From the NCBI GenBank assembly GCA_015152565.1, contig SUTT01000002.1, positions 18,788-82,787 on the forward strand: a DNA stretch of 64,000 bases, in the 5' to 3' direction. This document shows positions 15,996 through 24,900 of the stretch, piece by piece. The translations under genes were made by a program, and so were the position numbers. Every line of letters starts with the position of its first letter. The stretch's first letter is position 1. Origin of the DNA: Cyanobacteria bacterium SIG27 (GTDB lineage Bacteria > Cyanobacteriota > Vampirovibrionia > Gastranaerophilales > Gastranaerophilaceae). Under the pieces are notes generated by a model. That model had not been told where the DNA came from. It did no database searches and saw only the letters and a list, made by a program, of their open reading frames with translations.

Positions 15996-16861
15996 ATTAT
16001 ATTTGCCATTTTTTCCAGATATTTTCCATAACCATTTTGCTTATATTTTTTAGATAGTTCAACTAATTGTTCTTTTGAAATGTAGCCCATTCTGCAAGCC
16101 ACTTCTTCAATTGAAGCAATTTTCATGCCAGTATTTATTTCCATAGATTGAACAAAATTGGCTGCTTGTAATAAGCTTTCAAACGTTCCAGTATCAAGCC
16201 AAGCAAAGCCACGACCCAAAATCTCAACAGTTAAAGCGTTATTTTCTAAATAAATTTTGTTTAAATCAGTTATTTCAAGCTCTCCACGAGCAGATGGTTT
16301 TAAGCTTTTTGCATATTCCACAACATTTTTATCATAGAAATATAAACCAGTTACAGCATAGTTTGATTTTGGAGCTATTGGTTTTTCTTCGATTGAAATA
16401 GCTCTATTATTTTTATCAAACTCGACAACACCAAACCTTTCAGGGTCTTGAACTTGATAGCCAAAAACGGTTGCTCCGGTTGTTCTTTTTCCAACTTCTT
16501 TTAACATTGAAGAAAAACCAAAACCATGGAAAATATTATCCCCTAAAATCAGCGCTACTGGCTCATTTTGAATAAAATCCTCTGCTATAATAAAGCTTTC
16601 TGCTATTCCTCTTGGAACTTCTTGAATAGCATAAGAAAATTTAACCCCAATATCAGAACCGTCACCCAATACCTTTTTAAAATTATCAATGTCTGAGCGG
16701 TTTGTGATAATTAAAATATCTCTAATTCCAGCTAATAATAATGTCGTAATCGGATAATAAATCATCGGTTTATCATAAACCGGAAGTAAAATCTTCGATA
16801 TAGGTAAACTTGCAGGATATAAGCGAGAGCCAGCGCCTGCTGCCAGAATTATGCCTTTCAT
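15992..16861 (-). CDS. rfbA: Glucose-1-phosphate thymidylyltransferase
   Basis: 289 aa. The N-terminus is [18 protein letters not shown] (G-x-G-[ST]-R-L-x-P). Additional motifs are LGDNIF and EITDLN. Confidence 0.92.
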   Translation of the reverse strand: MKGIILAAGAGSRLYPASLPISKILLPVYDKPMIYYPITTLLLAGIRDILIITNRSDIDNFKKVLGDGSDIGVKFSYAIQEVPRGIAESFIIAEDFIQNEPVALILGDNIFHGFGFSSMLKEVGKRTTGATVFGYQVQDPERFGVVEFDKNNRAISIEEKPIAPKSNYAVTGLYFYDKNVVEYAKSLKPSARGELEITDLNKIYLENNALTVEILGRGFAWLDTGTFESLLQAANFVQSMEINTGMKIASIEEVACRMGYISKEQLVELSKKYKQNGYGKYLEKMANII

Positions 16862-16874
16862 AATTTTCCTTTAA

Positions 16875-18215
16875 CTATCTTTTCTTTTTTAAAATAATGA
16901 TAAATTTATCAATTAATTCATTTAACATTAAAGACATTCTACGATAGTCTAATATTGTAAAATTAATCGTTTCAGTTTCAAAAAGTCTTTTTTGTTCATT
17001 ATCAGTGATTGTTAAACGAATTAGCGCATGTTCAATTCCATCGTATTCAATCGCCATAGAAGCGCAAACTTCACCCGATGAAACACTAAATAATGATTTA
17101 TTTCCAGTGTATGAATTAATTGCAAAATCTTGTTTTTTGATTTTTAAAATATTTTCATATTTTTTAAATACAGGATTAACAACAACTTTAAGCTTTCTTA
17201 AATATGCTTGGTTGAATAATTTAATGCTGTTTTTATCAAATGCGGATTTAACTTCAGAATTTAGCGGAACTTTTTGCTCTTCAACATCTTGCGTATTTTG
17301 GCGATTTATAATATCACTAGATTTTTGAAGATTGATTGTTGGTTTCTTCTCTTTAACGTAAAAATCAGAAGCAACAATTAAAGAATTAGTATTTTCGCTT
17401 GCTTTTTCTAAAGCGGCATTCAGTGCATCTTTAATATCATCAAAATCTTGATCTTGAACTTCCACCACTCCTGCGTTTGCACCTGATTCTGTTCCAAGAT
17501 TATTATTAATTCTTTCAAATACGCTATATGCACCGTTTAATTTTGTTTTTTGCAAATAAACATAAAACTGATCAACATCTTTTATAATTATCGAATCATT
17601 AACACGAATTGATTTTTTAATAATTGAAATAAATTCTTTTGGACTTTTATAATTTGGATATTTTTTATCAGGAGAAATTAACAATATGCAAGCTTTTTGC
17701 GAATATTTTTTTGATTGAGCAATTTCATTTTTAAGAAAATCATCGCAATATTTTTGAGTATAAACTCCGGTTTCTGCTTGAACTATTCCAAGATTAGTTA
17801 AAAATGCAATTCGAGATTCGATGTTTAAATTCATTTCATTTTTTTGTAAACACCAAATAACACGAATTAAAAGCTCATAATCAATAATCGGCATAAATAA
17901 AACATCGCTAATGCCGTTATCAAACGCCTCAATTATCGTTTCTCTTGAACAATTTTCATTAATTAAAAGAATTGGAAGATTTTGGTAAATATCTTGTTTT
18001 TTAAGTTTTTTAATTAAATTGATAGCTCTTGGATTGTTATTATCACAGTGCAATACAAGAATATTAGGACTAAACCCATCAAACATATTTTGGGCTTCTT
18101 CAATTGAGCAAGATTTAATTTTATCCAAATTTCTTAACAAAACAAGCTTTTGTGAAATTTGATTAACCAGCTCCTGTCTATCACTAACTATTACAACCGT
18201 ATTCACGTCAGCCAT
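16875..18215 (-). CDS. Response-regulator receiver domain fused to a degenerate GGDEF-like domain plus unassigned C-terminal region
   Basis: 446 aa. The REC pattern is VVIVSD...ILVLHCDNNNP...ILLINEN...GISDVLFMP. The GGDEF-like start is ETGVYTQKYCDDFL. The GGDEF site is replaced by DVDQF (KDVDQFYVYL). Confidence 0.6.
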   Translation of the reverse strand: MADVNTVVIVSDRQELVNQISQKLVLLRNLDKIKSCSIEEAQNMFDGFSPNILVLHCDNNNPRAINLIKKLKKQDIYQNLPILLINENCSRETIIEAFDNGISDVLFMPIIDYELLIRVIWCLQKNEMNLNIESRIAFLTNLGIVQAETGVYTQKYCDDFLKNEIAQSKKYSQKACILLISPDKKYPNYKSPKEFISIIKKSIRVNDSIIIKDVDQFYVYLQKTKLNGAYSVFERINNNLGTESGANAGVVEVQDQDFDDIKDALNAALEKASENTNSLIVASDFYVKEKKPTINLQKSSDIINRQNTQDVEEQKVPLNSEVKSAFDKNSIKLFNQAYLRKLKVVVNPVFKKYENILKIKKQDFAINSYTGNKSLFSVSSGEVCASMAIEYDGIEHALIRLTITDNEQKRLFETETINFTILDYRRMSLMLNELIDKFIIILKKKR

Positions 18216-18269
18216 TGACTTAAATTACTCCCAAAATCTATATATTATAACGATACTACAAAACTTTAT

Positions 18270-18292
18270 TTTTGTAAAAAAAATTTACAAAA
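18270..18292. promoter_or_regulatory. Perfect 9-bp inverted repeat TTTTGTAAA-N5-TTTACAAAA (candidate operator)
   Basis: Read directly from the sequence. It lies in the divergent intergenic region between 16875..18215 (-) and 18426..18764 (+). Confidence 0.4.
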
Positions 18293-18425
18293 TAATAATG
18301 CATAAAGGCAAATAAAGCATATTTAAAAAGCGCAAAAATTTTTTTTCACAAGTTTTAAAGCTATAAAGTATATTGTTTTTTATAAGAAAAAATGATATAT
18401 TACAAAACAAACAAAGGGAGAGAAA

Positions 18426-18764
18426 ATGGTCGATAATCGAGGTATATCACCAATAGCTATGACCGGCTTTAAGGCTGATAACGCATCAGCTAATAAAATG
18501 TCTGAAGAAAAATACGGACAAGGTGGCGAATATTTCGTAAACGAGATGCAAGAAGAAGAGCAAGCTCCTCAGCAAGTTTATCAAGACCGCTCTGCGCAAT
18601 TGAGAGCTTCGCTAGATAGCCTTGCTATGGCAAACGCTGGTTCCATGATGTTGATTAAATCTCTCAAAGAAAAAGAAGAAAAAAGATTAAAAGAAAAAAA
18701 TAAAATCAAAAACGAACAAAAATCTGACCAAGAAGTTGAAGAAGAAGAGGTTTTTGAAGATTAA
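18426..18764 (+). CDS. Small acidic/Lys-rich protein (112 aa), likely disordered
   Basis: An AAGGGAGAG RBS is present. The N-terminus is MVDNRGISPIAMTGFK, which shares the [ILT]-[ST]-P motif. The C-terminus is a charged low-complexity tail. Confidence 0.6.
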   Translation: MVDNRGISPIAMTGFKADNASANKMSEEKYGQGGEYFVNEMQEEEQAPQQVYQDRSAQLRASLDSLAMANAGSMMLIKSLKEKEEKRLKEKNKIKNEQKSDQEVEEEEVFED

Positions 18765-19294
18765 TCATAAATAATAGTAACGCCAGCTTTACCTGAGTTT
18801 GAGCCTAAATCTCTTTTCATTTGCCCGTTATTATAATACATCTCATCACCGGACGGAGCTGAAAACAAATCTGTATCGCAATTTACAGATTTTGAATTTT
18901 GCTTTGAACCCATTGGAGCAATGCCCATCTTTTTATAAATATCTTCATTAATTGATGGAGAATATCCTGTTAAACTTCCGCCCTTAAAAGGATTTTTGGA
19001 ATTATCCCAAGATAAAAAATTATTTTTAATTCGATTCAATTGGCGAATGCGATTAATTCTTTGTATTCTTTTAATGTTATTGTAATTAGTGTTTCTATAG
19101 CGATATGGGCTATAGTATGGATTTATATAAGGATTATACATTTGTCTTCTAATTAGTTGGTTTGTATAATATGGCGTTTGCTCTTGAAGATATATTTTTT
19201 CAACCGCAAATGCTTGCGCTACAAAGAAAATCAACCCTAAAACAATAAAATAATTTTTCATAGTACAAATATAAATTACTTTAAAAGTTAACAC
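18761..19294 (-). CDS. Secreted Tyr/Asn/Arg-rich protein
   Basis: 177 aa. The signal peptide is MKNYFIVLGLIFFVAQAFA (after an upstream alternative start). The low-complexity region is YNPYINPYYSPYRYRNTNYNN. Confidence 0.6.
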   Translation of the reverse strand: MLTFKVIYICTMKNYFIVLGLIFFVAQAFAVEKIYLQEQTPYYTNQLIRRQMYNPYINPYYSPYRYRNTNYNNIKRIQRINRIRQLNRIKNNFLSWDNSKNPFKGGSLTGYSPSINEDIYKKMGIAPMGSKQNSKSVNCDTDLFSAPSGDEMYYNNGQMKRDLGSNSGKAGVTIIYD

Positions 19295-19327
19295 ATTCGT
19301 TTGGTGGCTAATAGCTTAATGTTTAAG

Positions 19328-19369
19328 TTTTGTAAAAAATATTAAAGTTAACCTTAAAATGGTCGAATA
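19328..19369 (+). promoter_or_regulatory. Sigma-28-like promoter candidate with upstream TTTTGTAAAA element
   Basis: TTTTGTAAAA lies at 19328-19337. TAAAGTTA lies at 19343-19350 (7/8 match to the sigma-28 -35 TAAAGTTT). After TAAA there are 15 nt, then GTCGAATA (5/8 match to GCCGATAA, CGA core aligned). The module ends 35 nt upstream of ATG 19405. Confidence 0.4.
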
Positions 19370-19404
19370 AAGAAATTAAATAAGTGTGTATTATTTAGGT
19401 TTAT

Positions 19405-21912
19405 ATGTTTAGCGAATCATTACAAAAGCTTATCTTAGCGCAAGCACAAATAGATTTAGAAAATTTAAACAGGGCAAAACGAAATAGAGAAGAGCAAATC
19501 TTAAAAGAAAATTCTGAGCTGGTTAATATGCTCTCAAATATGAGAACTTCTGAGGGAAAGCCAAGATTTAATAAAGATGAGATTAAATATATTGTACTAA
19601 GATGCGCCAAATCTCGAAATCCACGCAATTTTGATTTTATTTTAACTGCAAAAAATAAAGATGGCACATATCGTTTTGAAGCAAATGAGATTGAAAATTT
19701 AATCGATAGTTTTAGTGAACTTCCACCAACGTTTTATATCTTAAAAAATATGGAAAATCCTGATGGGAATTATAGATTTAATGGCTCCGATTTAATTGCT
19801 TTAGTAAAAAGTTTTAAAGCGCATCATGACGCTAGCGAAGCTCTTGTAGATATGAAAAATCCAGATGGAACTTATGCGCTTAATTGCAATGATATAGAAA
19901 GACTTGCTCCTTTATATGATAGACACAAAGACGAAATAACAGATTTAGTCAATATAAAAAATAACAAAGGCAAATGCCGTTTTCAAGGATATCAAATTGC
20001 AATGCTATTGCCAATTGCAAAAGAATGCAAGGAACAAATAGAAGAGCTTGCTCAGATGAAAAATAAAAAAGGAGAAAATCTTTTTGAGGCAAGTGCTATT
20101 GAAGCAATTGCACCTTGTTTAAAAAAATATCCTTTCCAAGTTAGGACACTATTCCATGCGAAAGATAAAAGATTTCAACCGCTATTTAGTGCTTCGGATA
20201 TAAAATATCTAGCGCCAGTTGCAGGTGAAAACTTAAATGAAATTTTTAAATTAATGAATATGAAAGATGAAAACGGCGAAAAACGATTTAATGCTTATCA
20301 AATACAAGCAATTGCTCCTTTTGCTAAAGATAATTACGATAAAATTGAATTTTTAGATAATATCAGAACTTATGAAAAAAGTATTTTTGGCGGACAACTT
20401 ATTGAAACTCCGATATTTAACTATGTGAACATTGCAACAATTTTACCTACTTTTGAAGAAAGAAAAAAAGATATTGAAAAATTTTTAAAAGAAATTGACC
20501 CTAATTTTGATGTTAACCATAAGGGTGTACAAATATTAGATAATAAATATCAAATTGAGGCTAAAAAACTCCAAAACAATGCTGGTTATGTCTTAAAAGC
20601 AACAAAATCAAGCAAAACCGCCCCTCCCGTTATTAAAGAAATTATTTTAGATGAAAACGGTAATTTACTAAAAAGTACAACTTGCGAATATGAGGGTAAA
20701 AGTTATCTGGATAAAGAATTTGAAACTTGGTATTATCAAGGAAATTCTACAATTTTAATTAACTATAATGACCCACATAATAAAAATGATATTAATTTTC
20801 AAATTGAAATCATAAATGATGAAAATAATTCTCCAAGTGAAATCTTATATACTAAAAAATCGGATAAATTAACAGGAGCCTTTGAAACAACAAGATACAT
20901 TCTTTCAGATTATCCAGAGGATTTTGATATTTTATATGCAATTAAAACAGGAGTTGCTGATGAAATAATTGAACAAAAAGGCTATCCAAAAGGAGAAAAA
21001 CTATCTAAAGTTGAAACTTTTGGCGCTTTTAGTGCTTATAGCGAAAGATATCAAAAAGATGGCATAACGACAAAAAGAAGTTATTCTTTTAAGGTGGATG
21101 ATTTTAATCAGCCCATTTATAAAAAATATTCTTATAAAATTAAAGATGAAAATAATAATACTCTAACTTCAATCAAAAGAACTTGGCAAAAAAATTCCTC
21201 TAATTCAACAACAACAGTAGTAAACGGAAAAAAATATCAAGCAAATTTTGATGATGAAAATATGGCAATTGAAATAGTTGATGACTCAGGAAATATAACA
21301 AAATTTTCAATCGAAGATAAAACAGTAGATATTGAAACTTATTTCAGTAGATTAGGCTTTTTTGGAGCGGATGAATACAACTATATTAAACATAAATTTG
21401 GAAATAAATTTAACATGCAAAAAGCTTTTTATGAATTTTGCAAAACTTTAGGTGCTGATACTTTATTGGTTTTTGCAAAAAACGTAAAAGGTTATTATGT
21501 TGTAGGCTCTGGTTCTGGTGTTACTCGAAGTAAAATACTAAGTATCGAACTAGATGAAGGCACTATGGCGCATGAGCTTGCTCATACAATTGATTTTAAT
21601 ACTGATAATAAAAAAGTAAGAAGCGGAGTAATAAGCTCTAATAAAGAATTAATTGAAATTTATAATAAAGAAATGGACGAATTTAAAAAGAACTACCCAC
21701 ATTTAGCCCAGGAGTTTGTTGATTATTTCTCCCAAGAAGACGGAGATTCCTTTGGCACGGGCTTATCTGAATTTGTTGCAGAAGTTAATATGCTTAATAC
21801 AACTTACAATATTAATACACCAATGCTTCATACAAGGTCACAATATCTTGTGAGAAATTTTCCTTTAACAATTGCTAAAATAATTAGTTTATTAAAAGAA
21901 AACCAACCGTAA
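19405..21912 (+). CDS. 835-aa protein: nine 34-residue tandem repeats plus C-terminal HEXXH zinc-metalloprotease-like domain
   Basis: The repeat pattern is M-K-N-x-D/K-G-x-x-R-F-x(4)-I-x(2)-L/I-A-P, with exact 34-aa spacing from aa 116 to 320. HELAH lies at aa 723 (nt 21571). A downstream GLSEFVAE could supply the third ligand. Confidence 0.7.
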   Translation: MFSESLQKLILAQAQIDLENLNRAKRNREEQILKENSELVNMLSNMRTSEGKPRFNKDEIKYIVLRCAKSRNPRNFDFILTAKNKDGTYRFEANEIENLIDSFSELPPTFYILKNMENPDGNYRFNGSDLIALVKSFKAHHDASEALVDMKNPDGTYALNCNDIERLAPLYDRHKDEITDLVNIKNNKGKCRFQGYQIAMLLPIAKECKEQIEELAQMKNKKGENLFEASAIEAIAPCLKKYPFQVRTLFHAKDKRFQPLFSASDIKYLAPVAGENLNEIFKLMNMKDENGEKRFNAYQIQAIAPFAKDNYDKIEFLDNIRTYEKSIFGGQLIETPIFNYVNIATILPTFEERKKDIEKFLKEIDPNFDVNHKGVQILDNKYQIEAKKLQNNAGYVLKATKSSKTAPPVIKEIILDENGNLLKSTTCEYEGKSYLDKEFETWYYQGNSTILINYNDPHNKNDINFQIEIINDENNSPSEILYTKKSDKLTGAFETTRYILSDYPEDFDILYAIKTGVADEIIEQKGYPKGEKLSKVETFGAFSAYSERYQKDGITTKRSYSFKVDDFNQPIYKKYSYKIKDENNNTLTSIKRTWQKNSSNSTTTVVNGKKYQANFDDENMAIEIVDDSGNITKFSIEDKTVDIETYFSRLGFFGADEYNYIKHKFGNKFNMQKAFYEFCKTLGADTLLVFAKNVKGYYVVGSGSGVTRSKILSIELDEGTMAHELAHTIDFNTDNKKVRSGVISSNKELIEIYNKEMDEFKKNYPHLAQEFVDYFSQEDGDSFGTGLSEFVAEVNMLNTTYNINTPMLHTRSQYLVRNFPLTIAKIISLLKENQP

Positions 21913-21914
21913 AC

Positions 21915-21957
21915 TTTTGTAAAATTTATTAAAGTTTTTCCATAAAACTCTCGTAAA
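21915..21957 (+). promoter_or_regulatory. Sigma-28-like promoter candidate with upstream TTTTGTAAAA element
   Basis: TTTTGTAAAA lies at 21915-21924. TAAAGTTT lies at 21930-21937 (8/8 match to the -35). The -10 region CTCGTAAA matches 4/8 with the CG core aligned. The layout is collinear with the 19328-19369 module. Confidence 0.35.
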
Positions 21958-21987
21958 TATTATTGTGTGTATATTTATGGGTAATTT

Positions 21988-24900
21988 ATGGTCGATAAAA
22001 ATCAAATAGAAATTAAAATAACCCCTCTTAGTGTGTCTGATTTGAACGTAGGTAAGGTTGAAATTAAACCAAGCGAATCAACTAAACCCATTAGTTTTGA
22101 TACACCAAAAACTCCAAGTTCAGAAGCTTACAAGCAAGATTGCTTTAATTTAAATGAAGATGATATGTTCATTTTAGAGGCTTTAAGTTTTGAGAGCGCT
22201 TGTCCAGAGGTAAGCGATACCCCTTATAATGATTTTGAATACACCTCGCACAGCGCTCCTGATATATCCGATTCTGATAACGAAGTAAATGATGAAGCAA
22301 ATGAAACTCAAGCAGAAGAAAATTCTTCGCAAGAAAATTATGATTCAGAAATAAATAAATTAACTCAGCAATATTTACGAAAACCCATGAGTGAATGCTC
22401 TATTCAAGAAATTAACCAAGCCCAAACTCTTTCAATGCTTGAAACAAGTCTTGAAACAATCAAAGAGGGTTTAAAAGCGCAAAGCGATTCTGATGGATTA
22501 GTGAGCGAAGCTTTTGATTTAATGAAATACCTTACAGGTTTGGGAATTGACCAAAAAGATGTAGAAGCGGCAATTTTAAAACAAGAACAAACAATTGAAG
22601 CTCTAAAAAAAGCAGCACAAAAAGGAAACTTTGAAGAAGTCTTCAAACAAGCCACAGGAGTCGAATATGACCCTGTTAAAATAAGCGAATATCAGCAAAA
22701 AGAAGCAGAAATTAAATTTATTGAAATGGAAGTTGCAAGAAGCCAAGCTTTTTGTGAAGCTTTGAGCGATGAAGACACAATGTATGATGCACAAGCGACG
22801 TTTGACAAATTTATTGAATTTTACGGAAAAGAAAAAGGTGAAAAAGAGTTTCTTGAAGCCTTAAAATATGGCTTTAATAATACGATTGATTCAGGCTTTT
22901 ACGACCCAACAAATCCAATTGAGAGTATAAATTTTGATAAAAATGGAAATATTGTTTTAAAATTCCAGGATAAAACAACAGCCCAATTGGGAGATATCAG
23001 CACAATTAATCCTAATAACTTAACACCAATATATTCAGAAAAATTCAAAAACTCTTTGGTTGAAAATAACCTTGAAACTTTTGAACAAACAACAGGTTTA
23101 AACTATGAGCAGCTAGTTCAAGAATATACTGCGTTATCTCAAGAAACTTTAGGAAATGCCAATGCTGTAAGTAATACTTTAAATGAATATATTCAAAGCC
23201 AAGAGGGTTTTATTGATAAATTTGCTGGTCTTGTTCAACTTGGCGGCATTGGCTTAATGGGGCTTGGAAGCGCTGTTGTATTTTTTAGCGGAGGAACGGC
23301 AGGGCTTGGAATGATTAAAACAGGGCAGTGGATGGCTCTTGGAGGGACGTTTGGAGATGAAGCCTTAGAATTAACTGATACTTTCACAAATAACAACTTT
23401 TTAACTGATAAAGACAAAGCAAAATATAGAGAGATTTTCAAAGACGCTTTAACGGACGCTGCTTTACTTGGTGCAGGTTATATTGCCGGAAGCGCGGCAA
23501 ATAGCTTTGGAAATTGGGTCTTAAGCGAAACCGGAAATGAAATTGCAAAATTTATAGCAGACCACGGAACAGACGTTGCACTAAGTTTGCTTGGTGATAT
23601 GGTAATTACAGGCGAAGTTGATTTTAAAGGCGAAGGTTTTAGCCAATTATTAGGCATTATAACCGGTTCTGCTTTTTCAAGAATTAACGCTATGCATCAA
23701 TCAAATTTTGAAGCTGCGGATGTTTTTTATAAAAGCGGAGATTATGATAACGCATATAAATCATTAATTGAAAAGGGCTATAAAGATTCTGATATTCAAA
23801 AATATTATGGCAAACAAGAAATCCAAAGATTTAACGAAATGTATGAAAAAACAGGAGATTTCACTTCTGTTTTGGCTCTTGCTCAAAAATCCAAGCTTTT
23901 AAATGATAATCAAATTAAAAATCTTGAAGTTACAATGATGCTTAAAAGCTTAAAACAAGATGGAATTGAAGCCGCAAAATATATGGGCTATGATTTTTCT
24001 TGCCCACAAGGAAAATTAATTGCTGATGATATTAAAATGCTCTATGATGCAAAAACAACTGGTGTTAATGTTAATGATTTAATGGTGCCAACAAAAGCTA
24101 ATTTTGAAATTGGAAAATCAGAAACAAAAGTTGGTGGACTTTTTGAAAGTAACGGAAAACTATATTTAAAAACAGATGAAAATAATTGCACAGAATTAAA
24201 TATTAGCAAAGAAACATACTGTCATCTTTTCCCACCACTTGATAGATATTCATCAGGTCAACAAAATTCAGGAGATTGCTATTTGGTTTCAGCGCTAAAT
24301 GCAATGATGATTAATCCAAAAGCACAAGAAAAACTATTATCTTGTTTTTCTGAAAGTGTTGATGAAAACGGAGTAAAAACAATCACACTTGCTTTGCCTG
24401 ATTCTGACATGAAAATTGAAATCCTAGATTGGGAAACAATTGATGATTTAGGGGTAAACCCTAAAAAGGCAGTGACAGGTGCTTTAGGCATGCAATTATT
24501 AGAATATGGATATAAGAAAAATTTAGAATATAAAGAAATTAAAGATTTAACAGATGAAATTACTTCTATTGAAGAAAATATACTTACTGATTGGGAAATG
24601 CGAAAAGAATATTTAACAAGTCTTGGAATAGAAAACTATGAGGTTTTTTGCGAAAAAATTAAAAAACCTAATTTAATTTCAAATTACAAAAAAGATATAG
24701 AAGCTAAGTTCAATATAGAAATAGATGATTTAACATTTGAATCTCTTAATTATGATTTTATACTGGCTTATGACAATGGAAAGTTGTATCCTGCTTGTCG
24801 AGATTTAATAATGGATAAACTTGGTGTAGATGCGAAAACAGCCCAAGATATTTACGACAATGGCTTAAAAGAAGCTTTAGCATTATTTAACGTTAATAAA

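Noticed and set aside
18426-18764. The 112-aa protein could be the anti-sigma-28 factor FlgM. It is small and disordered, and its N-terminus MVDNRGISPI recalls MSIDRTSPL.
   Set aside because: The C-terminal half does not show the FlgM sigma-28-binding helices as I remember them. No sigma-28 promoter precedes the gene. The similarity is limited to a few N-terminal residues. It is worth an hmmscan with PF04316, but it is not supportable from the sequence alone.
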